64,000 bases of DNA from Camelus dromedarius. Its lineage: Eukaryota. Positions 12,640 through 26,106 of this stretch are shown here, piece after piece (position 1 is the stretch's first letter; the number at the start of each line of letters is the position of its first letter). The position numbers and the translations under genes are program-made. A model generated the notes under the pieces. That model had not been told where the DNA came from and ran no database searches. It saw only the letters and a list, made by a program, of their open reading frames with translations. Where the stretch lies: NCBI RefSeq assembly GCF_036321535.1, contig NC_087437.1:5332001-5396000 (forward strand), written 5' to 3'.

Positions 12640-13175
12640 GTTTTTAAAAATTTTACTTATTAAACTCTAGGTGGTTTACAATATTGTGTTAGTGTCAGGT
12701 GTACAGCTTCCGATTCTTTTCCATGACAGGTTATTACGAGATAGCAAATATAGTTCCCTGTGCTGTACAGTAATTCCTTGTTGTTTATTTTATGTTTAGT
12801 GGTGTGTGTATATTAATCCCATACACCTGATTTATTCCTCCCCCTACCCTTTCCCCTTTGAAAACATAAACTTGTTTTCTATGCCTATGAGTCTATTTTG
12901 TAAATAAGTTCACTTGTATCTTTTTTTTAAGAGTCCACATATAAGTGGTATCATGTGATATTTGTCTTTTCCTAACTTACTTCACTTAACTTAGTATGAT
13001 AATCTCTAGGTCCATCCATGTTGCTGCAAATGGTATCAATTCATTTTTTATGGCTGAGTAGTATTCCATTGTAGAAATATACCACAGCTTCTTTATCCAG
13101 TCCTCTGATGGTGGACATTTAGGTGGCTTGCATGGCTTGGTTACTGTAAATAGTGCTGCTGTGAACGTCAGAGTA
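12640..13175 (-). mobile_element. L1 3' fragment (ORF2 C-terminus plus 3'UTR)
   Basis: Track ORF contains WIKKLWYISTMEYYSAIKNELIPFAATWMDLEIIILS, the L1 ORF2 C-terminus, followed by an artiodactyl-type 3'UTR. Confidence 0.9.
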
Positions 13176-14278
13176 GAGCACAGACCTTTGAAGGCCCTGC
13201 TCTGCGGAGCTACGATGAAATAATCCAGGTAATCTGACAGACGTGGACAACCACAACAGACGGCGGCATTCCAGACTGTGTCAGAGCCTGGGCCCTGGAC
13301 CACCTGAGTGGCCCCTTCCCCAAGTTCCCACTGCAGCGGTGAGATGGCTTTTTTCTAGTCTTAACTGTTTGTGAAACGATGCTGCTGGCATATGGTTCTT
13401 CACAAGGGTTTGGGAGGACCGGCTTTTCCTGTCGTTTTGAACACGTTATGTGTATTTTCAACGCCCTGAACTAGCAGGTAAAATAAATTAAAACTAAACT
13501 TCCACGAACTTTTACCTTTGAGAAAATAATACGGATCACTTCCAGATGGAGCTCGTCCAGGCAGGACACTCAGCTCTTTCCCCACAAACGGCACCTGCTA
13601 TTATAGCTCTCAAGAGGCCCCCCCACCCCAGTGTGGCTTTGTCCCTCATGAACCTCCAGTCTGAGAGTCTCCATCTGCTGCTACACCGGAGAAGCACGTA
13701 GGCTGAGGCCCAGCCCCGCTACCAGCGTCTCCCTGCAGAGGAAGCCCCGAGGGATGCTGAAGAATTTCTGCCAGTCGGCACCACTGAGGGCTCAACCACA
13801 GGTCGGTCTCAATTTGAGTCACGGCGTTTGGATGCAGAAAGGCGGCATTTGAAGCCCCAGATGTCTGACTCGCTGGCTTAGGGAACTGGGGTATGGGACC
13901 TGAGCTTTCTGGCCTCAGTTTTCTCATCTATTAAATGGGGGGAAATCACACCTCCCCTGCAGCTGCTCTGGAGACGAGACGTTACACATGGCGAGGGTGT
14001 CGTGGGACAGGCACAGAGAAGCAACCGTGGCCATCATTACTGCTCCACCTGCCTCCTCATCGGTCCTGGACTTCAGTGACTCTGCAGAGACTGCTGGGGC
14101 TCATCCAAAGTGAAGAGTCGAGGACCCTGCACTGGGGGTAGCACCCCAGAACCCTCCCTCCTCACGGGGGCCTGAAGAATCAGAGAGGCTTTGACATAAA
14201 CCAGACCTGTGTCCTCCCACGACAAACTGGACGACCACATTCCTTTGCCCTGCTAGACTACAAACTTATCCTCTATGT

Positions 14279-14462
14279 CAGGGTTTCTCAACACGGGTGC
14301 TCATATCAGCAGCCTCAGCCTGGGGACTTGCTAGAAATGCAAATTCTCAAGCCCCTCTGAATGGGAAACTGAATCGGGAACTCTGGGGGCAGAGCCCAGC
14401 GATCTGTGTTTGAGCAAGCCCTCCAGGTAACTCGAGTGTACTGTAAAGTTTGGGAATCACGG
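14279..14462. mobile_element. MER5A-like hAT-Charlie fossil, followed by an L2 3' end (about 14470-14590)
   Basis: ctagaaatgcaaattctc...gcccagcgatctgtgtttgagcaagccctccaggt; the L2 tail is gaatgactgaatgaatg. Confidence 0.7.
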
Positions 14463-17245
14463 CTCTAGAAGATGCTTTCCACGAGGGCAGGGGTTCTGTG
14501 CATTGCTGGGTCCCCAGTGCTAGAATGACGTCCCACATAAAGCATGTGCTCAGTAAAGATCTGTGGAACGAATGACTGAATGAATGCATAAAATAATGAG
14601 AGGGTACACATGTCCCCTCTCCCAGAAAGAGTTCCTAGCAGGTAAGGATGGAGATCAATTCATTTTTCAACTGTAGAATTCAACAAACATTTATTAAGTC
14701 CCTACACTGGCCCAGACCAACATCACACCTAGGTGCTGGGGATACGAAATAGGAGTCCTAACTCTCAAAAAAGTCAGCCGATTACTGTAAATAGACTTAA
14801 AATCATTACACTAACATGGCACAATAATACTTATATTATCATGTTATACAAAAAAAAAATCAAGATTCCAAACTTTTTACACACAGTATTATGACACCGA
14901 GACAGTATTTCCATGAGCATGTAATTTTTCAAAATGTATCTAATAAACATGTCTCTTGCTTTTATAACGGAAAAAAGTTAATGTTCCTGCAATGTCTCAT
15001 GAAGGGTGATAAACGCAGTAACAGATAGAAAGGTATAGAAATGATGGTGATGGAAGCGATTATTTCCACCTGAAGGGGACGCTGAGGAAAGTTCCTCATG
15101 GAAGATGTGGGAGGTGACAAACGAGATGGTGTCTTACAATCGGAAGAGGCGAGGCGTGGCAGCACTGGGGTACACATGCCTCACCTATAACTTCCAAATT
15201 CAAATCCCCCCCGCTCCCCAAAACACAACACTAAATAAAACCTATGCGGGGACTAAATCTGCAGGAGGCTTTGAAGGATGAAGAGGAGTTCACCAGGAGG
15301 GTGAAAGAAAAGAGACGGAACAGTCATCATGGGCAAAGGCTTGGGGGTGTGGAAGAGCCTGAGTATTGAAGAAATTTCTAGAAACATTTCTGGAACTTGA
15401 CATGGGAAGCCAGGAGTGCCCAGAAATGAGGCTGGGCTGTTTACTTTTCTCGGGGGGGGATTCCTGGAAGTGGAATGAGTGGGTCAAGGGCTATTAGCTT
15501 TCAAAGGCTTGGGAACAGGCTGCCACACTGTTTACCAGAAAGGGGGAGTAGTCTTTTTTTAACCAGAAGACCTGCATTTAGATTTCATAAAGATCAATAT
15601 TTGGTTGGACTCTTGGGGCCTTGGGACTTCTGGTTTTCTGCCTCGTCCTGGCAGGGAACTTTCTTTTCTCTTTTTCGTAACGTCCCTTGACTATGTTTGT
15701 CAAACTGAACTTTGTTTGTTTCCTCTTCAAGCATTGATTCATTCGCTGATTCACAACCTTCCTTAAGCAAGCCTCACGCTCATGATAAAGGCGGGCCCTG
15801 GACAGTGCTCATCAGGGCTCACTGCTGGCCACCGGCTCTCCTCACCCTACACTCCCCTTGGTAACCTCTACTCACCTGGATTTAGCCACCAGTCAGATGT
15901 TAATTATTCCCAAGCTTAGATTCCCTAGCCCTGACTTCCCTCTGGGGTTCAGACCTGCATGGCCAGTGATTACAGCTGATGTGTCTATGGTGGACCCTCT
16001 CCCTTCAGCCGGAGCCACGGAGTCTCCCCGAGCTCTCCGCTTGCTGTAACCCTGTGTCTCCACTCTCCACATCAGGCCAGATTGACCTCTCTCCCATTCC
16101 AGATGCCTAAGATCACTTGACTTTCAGGGCTCATCGTCTGCTGCTGGACACCACCCTTCCTTCAAGCTACACCAGGTCCTCAGGAGCACAGAATCAAATC
16201 CACATGGAACATCACATCCTGAATGCCCAGGCCACCTTGGTTAAGGCACTGCCGACAGACTGTCACTCACATGCCCATAGCATTGCTCTCACAACTGCAG
16301 TTAGATCACAGCAAAGCCCTGATCTGACTCTGCACATCTTAATGAAAACTGGCGCTCCTTCAAGACACTATAGTTCCATAGCATACAATCCAACCTGTGC
16401 CCCGACGCCCAGTCGGATACTAGATTAAACTGAAATACCCCCTCATCCACGTCTTTTTCATTTATGCTGCATTGAAGAACCACCCCACCCCCAACACTTA
16501 AAAGAGTAGTAACTGCTGGTTTGGGCACCAAAAATTAAATAAGATCATTTTCGACTGACCCCAGACTTCACTTAACTGCTCTTATAATGAGTGAGAACAA
16601 ATTGGACAGTTAACTATGTTTTCCCAACCTCCAACCAGGGATCATGATGTGAAAAAGATTTCTTTTTTACTTTTTTAAATAGCTGACTTCAATAAAAAAG
16701 TCTCAATGGAAAAATGATATCCTCTTTGGTTATGTATTTCAAGAATCATTTTTATTAAAAATAACAACATGACACTGGGATAGTCCCAGAAAATCTAGGA
16801 CATCCTGTCTGTAACTCTCCTTTCAAAATGAATTTCACACTGCTAATGATGAATGCAAATATGTCCTGTGTCCTGTCTTGTACACGTCTCGGTGTTTCAG
16901 AGAAGAAACATCAATTAGGGGAAAACCAGTTAGGGAGAAATGGGACATGGGCTGGACTTGGGAAAAATGAAGGCTATCTGTCATACAGGGAAAGGAGCAG
17001 AGAAGGCTCCAGCTGACAGGTGAATAGAAATTGGCGTACCCACGGGCCATACCAGGTGGCCCAGGTGAGGGGTCAGAGACAGTCTAGGGCCACTTTGTCT
17101 GAGTCTAATGAAGAAGGTGTCACAGTTAATTTTGTGTCAACCTGGCTAAACTATGGTGACTAGTTGTCAACACCAGTCTAGATACTGCTGTAAAGAGCTG
17201 CAAAGGTAGTTTTAGATGTGATTAACACCTACAATCCATTGACTT

Positions 17246-17405
17246 CATTTTTAAAAAATATTTAGCATTGTATTATTTAATTATTTTATTTTGGTAGGAG
17301 GGAGTAATTAGGTTTTATTTATTTTTAGAGGAGGTGCTGGGGACTGAACCCAGGACCTCGTGCACGCGAAGCATGCATTCTACCACTTGAGCGATACCCT
17401 CCCCC
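17246..17405 (-). mobile_element. Vic-1-like SINE inside the MLT2 LTR
   Basis: Reverse-complement head. Imperfect TSD tacaatccattgactt / tacaattcattaactt at 17230-17245 and 17406-17421. Confidence 0.9.
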
Positions 17406-17599
17406 TACAATTCATTAACTTTAAGCAAAGCAGATTATCCTTTATGATGTAGGTGGGCCTTGCCACCCACTAAAGAGTGAGGTTTTCCAAAGAAGAAGGA
17501 AGAGTGAGGTTTTCCAAAGAAGAAGGAATTCTGCTTCCAGACAACAACACAGACAATCTGCCTGAGTTTTCAATCTTCAGACTCAAGATTGCAACAGCA

Positions 17600-17738
17600 G
17601 GGGGAGGGTATAGCTCAGTGGTAGATGCCTAGTATGCATGAGGTCCTGGGTTCAAGCCCCAGTACCTCCATTAAATAAACAGATGAATAAACCTAATTAC
17701 ATCCCCCCGCAAATTAATAAAATAAATAATAATAAAAA
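17600..17738 (+). mobile_element. Vic-1-like SINE inside the MLT2 LTR
   Basis: ggggagggtatagctcagtggtag... head. TSD aagattgcaac at 17585-17595 and 17739-17749. Confidence 0.9.
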
Positions 17739-18361
17739 AAGATTGCAACCTCTAGCCTCTAACCTGCCAAATGGTCCTGCAGATTTTGGACTGGTCAGCT
17801 CCCACAATCACATGAGCCAATTTCTTAAAATAAATCAACCCAAATCCTAATCTCTCGATATGCAGATATACAGATACACAGACAGATAGCTGGACAATCG
17901 TCTTGGCTGTGGCTCTGGAGAGCTCTCACACAGGAAGAAAGCAGGTAAAGAGAGTAAGGGAAAGACAGCTCAGGGCAGGGGGCAGGCTGACGGAGGTCTC
18001 CAAATTTAAACTGGACCGGATGTGAAATGGAGAGATGGCTAAGCGTTCCCAACAGGCAGGGAGAGAAATGTGCCCCAAACATGAGCAAGGTCACTCGGAC
18101 TCAGCCTCGTGTTGACTCAAGGTCCCAGGGGAGAGGTTGAAGCGTAGCAAGAAGGCTGACAGCTGCCACTGTTGCCCAGGTGGCAGAAATGTCCCCGCCA
18201 TGTTTTAAGTTGAAGGCATTAAATCTGTAATGGGTAGACTTAATTTCTGTTACGTTATAGGCAGTTTCTAACTTTAGGATGAACTAATTGGAATCCCTAT
18301 AACTAATGCACTAATTTAATGCTGGGACTCAGACATCTACGGACTTCTTGAAAACACAGAG

Positions 18362-18562
18362 CTGTGCTATCCAATATGGTAGCCGCCAGCCAAGGGTGAC
18401 TATTTCCACTAATTCAAATAAAATAAAATGAAAAAGTCAATTCCTCAGTCACACCAGCCACATTTCAAGTGTTCAACAGCTACTGTGGCTGGTGACGCCG
18501 GCACCGGACCGCGCAAGCACAGAACATTTCCATCACCCCAGGAAGCTCTCCTGGACAGTGCT
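18362..18562. mobile_element. MER3-like DNA transposon fossil
   Basis: ctgtgctatccaatatggtagcc...ccagccacatttcaagtgttcaacagc...agaacatttccatcacc. Confidence 0.75.
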
Positions 18563-19899
18563 AGCGTAATAAGCCAGATAAAACCGAGCAAAAGAAACAG
18601 AGCTTTCGACAACTGGAGAGGCATATAATATAGGGTAAAAGCTAAGATTCACATACACGCATCCCAAATGGACCCTAAACCAAAACCACCGTCCACTCTG
18701 ACCCTCCCTCACAACTCATGAGCCACCACGACAGCTGCCATTTTAAAGACTTTGGGGAGGACCCACAACATACAAAGGGAACCTACAAACAGAGGCACGT
18801 GCTGTGTAGCAAGAACAGGCACCGAAGTGCTCTTCTGTGTGGCACGGTTACACGTGAGTCTTCACGATGAATAATTTATCACACACACACAACCCCGCAA
18901 CCCTTCTCATCCTCTGCCACCTCGACTCTGGTACAGCTTTCTGAAAAAGGAGGTTCAAAAACAGCACGGGTTTTTAGCTCCAGTCTGAGCTGCCTTTAGT
19001 TCTGACGTATTAACACTGAGCTTCAGGAACTGAAAGTGTTACCAAGCACTGCCGGGTGTCTAGCTCCCGAGACCACAAGGAGGGATCACGCAGACTTCCT
19101 GGCATCATGGTTTTCTCTTTTAATGACTGAGAGCTCTTAGAATCAGCCCTTGACGAGGAATCTGAGGCCTAAAGCTTGGGACCCAGCCCTGCCACTCACT
19201 AGTTATGTTACTGGTCAACTCAGTTGATTTATCTGAGTCTCAGATAAATATAAATGGGGATAATGATATCCATTCATTCCTTCCCTAAGTACTTACTCAA
19301 TACCTACAATGTGCTGGGCACCAGGTGATGGGGAAGCAAACAGGCCATCCCTGACCTCTTGGATTTAGTACGCATTGGTCTAACTCAAGGGGCAACCCAG
19401 AGACCCTCAAGAGTCCACGTGCTCCATCCTTCTCAAACTGCCTACACTCAGCTTGAGGGAACACTGCTTGCCCTGAAGCCTCCGGCAGGGCTGCGGTTGG
19501 GGGCAAGAGGTCCTCTTTTATTCTCTCCTGCTATTAGGAGTGGTTTGGTGGGAAACGATGAAAGAACTTGGAAAACTGCAAACTCCCTTAAAAACAAAAG
19601 GAAGAGATGGAGTAGAGGGTTGGGGAAGGAGAAGAAAACAACTCCATCCTCTGGTGGCTCTGTTTGGGGCAGGCATTTCTGACAACAGGAGTTTTCTCGG
19701 CCGGCCTTATCTGTGTTCATGGTCTCGGTTCTTCTACTTAGATTGTGCCTGTAACTTCACTCTTCACTGAAAATGGAGTTCTTGAGAAATAAGTAGAACC
19801 AAGAGTGGGTGTGCTGTGAAGCTCCCGTCCCTCCAAGATCTTCAGCTAGTTTCTAATGCCCACCAGCAGATCCCAACTGGATGTCAGAAGTCTCAATCA

Positions 19900-20290
19900 A
19901 AGACACAGAAGGGAGGTGGACAAGGAAAGGCCTGTCTGTGAAGAACAACCCGATGGTGTCTCAGAGAGCAAGCGGCCAGCGGGAAGGGCCAGAGCAGGAC
20001 CTCAGGAACACCTGCAACCAGCACCTCCAGCACTGCCAGAAAACTTGCTCCAAGTTTTCTCCTTACTCTATTTTTCAGCCTCTTTCTTCTCATCTAGTAC
20101 TAGTTTTCTCCATGTGGGAGAAAATATGGCCATTGCCAGTTTCTGAGTCTTTCTGCTCATAGCTTAGCCACCGGAGAAAGAATGTCTAAAACTCCGGGCT
20201 ACACACAAGTGACAGATCTCAGGGAAGGGCTCTGATTGGCTCAGCTGAGGTCAGGTGTCTGCTTCTGGGCCAATCAGCTCTGGTCAGCAT
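19900..20290 (-). mobile_element. Old MaLR LTR (MLT1J/K-like)
   Basis: gggaagggctctgattggctcagct...gggccaatcagct motif typical of old MLT1; boundaries uncertain. Confidence 0.5.
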
Positions 20291-21194
20291 TAGGGTGGCT
20301 TTGCCTTTCCTTGTTCACTTCCCTTTTTCATCCTTGATTTAGATTTTTGACATCAGGTTGGGATCTTCTGGTGGGCTGGTTTTCACGGGGCGTTGGGAAC
20401 TAGCTGAAGACCTTTGAGGGATGGGAGCTTCACTGCACACCTCCTCTTAGCTCTTACCTCCATCAGGTCTGCTCAGGATCCCTTTTCTCAGCATTACTGA
20501 GGTATACCTGAAGACTGTTTCTGAAGCATCCTTTCTGGAGTCAAGGTCCAGCCCCACCCACTGCCCTTCACCGAGCAGTCTGCCACAGCAGATGCACCGG
20601 ATCAGGAGGGGCAGGACGGGCTGGGACAGATAGACGGGATGTCACTTCTGGCAGATCTGCATGGATCCTGCAAATGCCCTGTCTCCCTCAACATCTGCCC
20701 ATTGGCAGAACTTAGCATGGATGTGCTCAGAGCAGGATCCTGGAGCAAAAGCAAAGACCTTGGCATCATCCAGGCAGGAGCACTGAGGGACAAGAACCAG
20801 CAGCAGGACCTGTATCTCCCACCAAGGCTGCAAGGCTGCCCCCCCCCCCGCCCCCAGCTTCCACTAACGCCTGTGCACACCCACAAAGGCAATGGAGAAA
20901 TCAAGTCTCAAAACTTTATGTGAGCAAAGCCTTAAAGGCATTAAATTTTTGTCAGAGACCCATGGGTAAGTCAAAGGATGGGCACCAGATTTCACGGTTG
21001 GTTGGTTTCATAGCAGCTGAAAACCACACTGGCAAAAAAAAACCTAACCCACAGGTGGAATCTGCACACAGACGTGGTTTGGGGGAAAGCACCCTGCACG
21101 AACAAGACTAGCAAAGGCAAAGAGGTAAGATGGTGTCCTAAGTTACGCAGAGAAGGACAAATATTCTACATCCAAAATCCATCAAAACAGTAGC

Positions 21195-21435
21195 TTCTGC
21201 TTACTGAGTTCACCATGTGCCAAACTCTGTCTAAGAGCTTCACATGGATTAACTCATTTCATCCTTATGTAATGATAACAGTAGGTGTTCTCTTTTATCC
21301 CCAAGTTACAGATCAGAAAACTGAAACCCAGAGAGGTTGCACAGCCTGCCCCAGGGCACACAGCCAGCAAATGGTAGGTAGGATTTAAACCTCAGCAGTC
21401 TGGTTCCAGAGTCCATATTCCTACCTATTACACTG
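21195..21435 (-). mobile_element. MIR SINE
   Basis: ttacagatcagaaaactgaaacccagagaggtt...ggatttaaacctcagcagtctggttccagagtcca. Confidence 0.75.
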
Positions 21436-21841
21436 CTCAGCGTGCATTCTCTGTAGTATGTCCTATATTCTAAGCTATACTGTGAAACACTAGGGGTGAG
21501 TCTTAAAGAATGTTGAAATCTCCAGTCTGGACTTTTATTCTGCAGGCAATGACATGCCATGATGGTTTCTGGCAGCAGTGATATATTCAGGCTTTTCCCA
21601 AGGAAAATGTAATCTTTCCACAGGATGTGGTATTGGGGGGGGGGGAGAGTAACTGAAGCAAGCAGTTAGGAGGCAGAGAGAGTGGTTGGGGGCCTGGGAG
21701 GCACCACAGGGCTCATGGGAGAGGTCAGAAGAGCTCACCCTTGCCACGGGAAAGGATGGAGAGGTAGATGGGAGATTAAAAGTAGAGACAGCCACCTGGG
21801 ACTAAAGGGCAAGACCACGAGGCTCTGATGCATTAAACAAC

Positions 21842-21972
21842 CGGTAACCTATCGTCCAAACTTTTGAACAGTTTGACACTTTTGAAAGTAAAAGGTGAAA
21901 CTATTAACAATTATGCTGTAACAACAGGAATAAGCTAGAACTGTCCAAGCAAACTGAGACATGGGGTCACCG
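21842..21972. mobile_element. MER94-like hAT-Blackjack fossil
   Basis: gacacttttgaaagtaaaagg...attaacaattatgctgtaacaacagg...ggtcacc, with ggtaacc/ggtcacc ends. Confidence 0.55.
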
Positions 21973-22364
21973 AGTCACATACAACCAGCAGAGAGGACCC
22001 AGAAAGCGGCCTTGAAAAAATACAAAACACACAGATGACAGCTCACTCTCACCCTTCCCTGCCCAGCATGTGACTCGCTTCTTTTACCACCTTCCTGCTC
22101 TTACATCCTCGTCTTTCTCTAGTGGACCCCTCCCACAAGGGTAAATTCCTCTGATCCACTCAAGGTCACAACAAGAAGGCTCAAGGTCTTCCATCCAGAC
22201 AACCAACCAGTGGACGCTCGGCTGCCCTGCAGTCCCTCTGCCCACCTCTAGCTGGCGCTCCCGTCCTCACCCCCGGGGACCGCCCCAGGCTGCCGCTTCC
22301 TCCACCTTCGTTATTTTACATGCACAGTTCATTTCCATCGGGGCCCCAGCACTTGGGGCTCCCT

Positions 22365-22665
22365 GTCTGGGATGCTGTTCCCCTCCACCTCCCCCTGACT
22401 GCTTCCTCCTTGTCACCAGGGTCTCCTCTTCCCAGGACGGCCTTCCTTGAAATCCCAGTCTAAAAAATGGTCACTCTCCAGCATACCTCTTTGTTTAATC
22501 CACATCGTGTCACTTATTTCCACATTTTAAATTAACATATTGTCTGTCTTTCCCAGTTGAACGAGAGCTCCGTGAGAGCAGGAGCCTTGTCTATTTTGGC
22601 CCAGCATCTGGAACAGGTCTTGGTCCCCAGTAAATACTCAATAAATGTTTATGAAAGGAATGAAC
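22365..22665 (+). mobile_element. L2 3' fragment
   Basis: agctccgtgagagcaggagccttgtct...tactcaataaatgtttatgaaaggaatgaa. Confidence 0.7.
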
Positions 22666-24314
22666 AGGCAAGAGATTAAATCTGCAGAATCTGAGGTTGC
22701 TTCTAAGTGGAAACGTCTATGAGTCTACAATTTCGGAAATTATCCATCTGGGGCCAATTATGTTTTACAAATACATTCATTTGAGATTGTGAAAATGTGG
22801 ACATCGTTTGCTCCGTGTATCATTGTAACAGTGAAGAAAACTGAGGCCTGGAGAAATTAAAGGGCTGCAGCTGGTGGTGGGGGCAGGGGTGGGGATATAT
22901 CTCCAGAAAGCAGTATTAAAGTTACTTGCGGCCCCTGAGTTTCCAGTTCACCTTAGCAAACCAGGTCATCTTCCCCTCAGGAGAAGGCAAATACGCACAG
23001 ACCAACAACTTGCTCCTATCAGCACTTCTCATCAAGGTAAAAAAAGGCCTCATGACTGGGCATTCCACTGGGCCTTCTTTCAGAAGCCTCTGCCTAAGAC
23101 AAGACAGTGCATTTTGAAAAGGGAAGGGAAGGGGGAAAAAATAAAAGAAAACAGAAAAAGAATTAGCCAGAATCTAGAATCTTGAAACTGCTGAGGTCTG
23201 ACAACCCTAATTTTATCTTCGGAAACACCAGTGACCCTGGAATTACAAGCTTGGGGCACAGAACCTTGAGGGCTCATTAAGACTCCTGGGAATGTTCTGG
23301 AAAATCAGTTTGAGAGTCTTCGTGGAACTCAAATCTCAGCACCTCAGCACGCCTCAGTGATGGAGGCGAAAGAACCTGAGTTTAAAGTTTAACCGAGAGC
23401 AGATGTTCCCCTTCACACCACGTTCCTTTAACATCCAGGATGTGTGACTTTTTTTCCCCCTTCGCTCCCTGATTTACATAGGCTTCCAAAGCACAAGCGA
23501 AAGGCACTTTTACAAAATGTGGAGATGGTGTGGTTGGACGGATGCTGTCCTAGTTTTAACCCTTGGTTTAAAAAAAAAAAACCAAAAACTTTTCTATCCC
23601 CATGACTCCAGACCAACAAAAATATAACACAGACCCAATGGCATTTGAAACCCCATAGTAAACAGAGCAGTTAAAACTAAGTACTTGGGGATGGTTTTCA
23701 TTACAATGTGCTAAAGAAATGAATGTTTTACTGTTCTTTTTGTAAATACCCTGGAGAACCCTGGGATGGTTTTTCGAGAAGATGAAAATGATTTGAGAGT
23801 TTCAGATCTCATAAAGATATGTGATCTCTTTGAGTAACAAATACGGTGGGTTTTTTTTTTTTTTTTCGGCCAGGGCAGGGCGGGGATTTTCCATTTAGAA
23901 CTGTTGAGATTAACACTTAATGATTATTTTCAATGCCCCAAAACCCCTTCTAGTCAATATTCAACTCATTTCCACTTCTTGCCTTCATTTTTATTATTTC
24001 TGTATTCCATATTAGCCCTGAATGGTCTCAAAGTTCTCTCCTAGTAGAATGAACTGCAAATGAACATAGCATCTCTGAATTCATGTCTGTGGGAGGCTGT
24101 GTTTTCCAACGATATCCATCATCCCACAGGACCTGCTAGAACCTTGCCACTTCTCCGCCAAGAGGAGCAGTCTATCTCCATCTCCTTGGACCAGTGTGGC
24201 CCTTGACCAACAAGCAAAGAGAAAAGGAAGGACACTATGTAACTTCTGCAGCCTGGTCATAAAATTTCCATTAAACCCCCACCTTGTTTTTTGTGACAAC
24301 CAGCTATGTGCTTT

Positions 24315-24478
24315 TGTTTGTTTGTTTGTTTGTTTGTTTAATTTTTTTGTTGTGGAGGAGGTAGTTAGGTTTTTTCATTTATCTTTATTTTAATGGAGGT
24401 TGGAGGCACTGGGGATTGAACCCAGGACCTCATGAATGCTAAGCATGCGCTCTACTGTTGAGTATACCTTCCCCACCC
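24315..24478 (-). mobile_element. Vic-1-like SINE
   Basis: Reverse-complement head and tail. Imperfect TSD cagctatgtgcttt / cagccatgtgtttt at 24301-24314 and 24479-24492. Confidence 0.88.
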
Positions 24479-24492
24479 CAGCCATGTGTTTT

Positions 24493-24725
24493 GGGGATGC
24501 TCAAGCAGTCTGTGCAGACGCATGTAACCAGCAATGACTTGCCAGCAGTGCAACAGCATCATCTTGAAAGTGGACTCCCTCCCCACTGACGCATGGGAGC
24601 AGAGATGAGCTGCCTTGGCCAAGTCCTGCCTATGCCGCCCATCTGTGAACTGAATACATGACTGTCGTTACTGTAAACCCCTGTGTTTGGGGGTGGTTTG
24701 CGACACAGCAATAGACATCCTCAAC
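24493..24725 (+). mobile_element. MLT1-family MaLR LTR 3' part
   Basis: catcttgaaagtggac...gagcagagatgagctgcc...ttgggggtggtttgcgacacagcaataga. Confidence 0.65.
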
Positions 24726-25504
24726 ACACAGGAATCCTCACTAATTCACACCCATGAGAAGACACCAGCAGTTTCTTAAAGTAAAATCCGTCATCCTTTG
24801 TCAAGGATGCAGTCAGGAGTACTCTCAGACAGGCAGAAATGTCAACAAGGCTGACACAAATACTTTCAAGGACTGGGCCCCGAGGGACCTGCTTTAATGA
24901 AGAGGTAAGAGCAATTTGGAATCGGCAAGGATGCATCTGACCTGCTGGAAGGAGTGGGCGCCTGGGGGTAGCGCTGCCCCTGCCGCGTGCCTTACATTAT
25001 TAATTGGCTGAGCAAACCTGCAGGCCAGCGGAGGCTCAGGTCTTGCTGATCACAAGTGACATGTGCAGGACCTGAATCAGTGAGGATGGTTCACTATTCA
25101 GGGGTGATGCAAAGTGATGCCCACATTCCCTGGCACCGCCAGACTCAAAAGAAGTCACGGAGACCCCGTGTCTGAGGCGTAGGGAAAACTCCATCGGTGT
25201 CTTCTGGCGTCGTGAAGAGACTCTTCCAGTGCCCCGTGGGGAGTGTCTCAGAACTCAGAGTGGCAACTGCATCTCTTGTTCAAAGTAGGAAGTCACTGAA
25301 AGAAAGTTCCTAAGCCAACTGAACGACAAAGAGTTCCATCAAAAACGAACTTCATTTCTACCAGGAATATACTTCAGTATTTTCTTTTAGAGTTTCCCAT
25401 CTCTTCGGGTCTATTTCTTCTGGTGTCTACTCGCAGTATTCCTCCACATCCCAATCTTTCTCTCTCGGGAGCAGCTTTCTTTACAAAAGCACCTTTGACT
25501 TCCT

Positions 25505-26064
25505 TGTGCTCTGTAACAGTCTTGTCACCCCAGTGGTAACATCATTTTGGGGTTCAAGGACTGGGAAGAGGCCCCAGAGAGACAAAGGGGGCTCCGGTCA
25601 CAGGATGTCTGGCTGCACTCTCATCCCTTACATCATAAGACATAAACCAGAAAACACAAAGAACATTCCTCTCCCAATGCGTAGTTGCTTTAGTCCAACT
25701 AACAGTGCTGAGTTATGACCTGACAAACTCCATCCCCCCAAACTCCTCAAGCCTACCGACTGCCTACCTCCTCCTAAAGGTAAACTGAACCTTCCTCCAG
25801 GTGTGACGAAGTCAAGCCTTTAGATGAAGAACAACTAATGTCTGGAAACCTTCAACATGACCCCCTTCCTTTAAACACGTCGATAGTCAGGCCCTTCCTT
25901 ATAAAAGACTCTTAAGACTCTGCCCTCAGGGCACATGGACACCCCTCATCTGTCTGCCTGCTGGTGCCCGTAGCAGCGTATCTAATAAACTTTTTCCTCA
26001 CTTTTCTTTGTTTCTGGTAAATTCTTTTACCACCAACCATACTGGCCTGCCTTGTCCCACAACA
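25505..26064 (+). mobile_element. Probable ERV solo LTR (family unassigned)
   Basis: TG...CA ends with flanks ttcct/atcct, TATAAAAG at 25900-25907, AATAAA at 25984-25989 and U5-like tctggtaaattcttttaccacc. The left boundary is uncertain. Confidence 0.6.
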
Positions 26065-26106
26065 ATCCTTACTGTCCCTATCACTGCTGTGGCTAATGTC
26101 CCCACT

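Larger units (their letters stand above)
17118..17932 (+). mobile_element. MLT2-like (ERVL) solo LTR interrupted by two SINEs
   Basis: Starts tgtcacagttaattttgtgtcaacctggcta; contains aagcagattatcc...gtaggtgggcct and gagccaatttcttaaaataaatc; ends ...ctctggagagctctcacaca. Confidence 0.8.
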
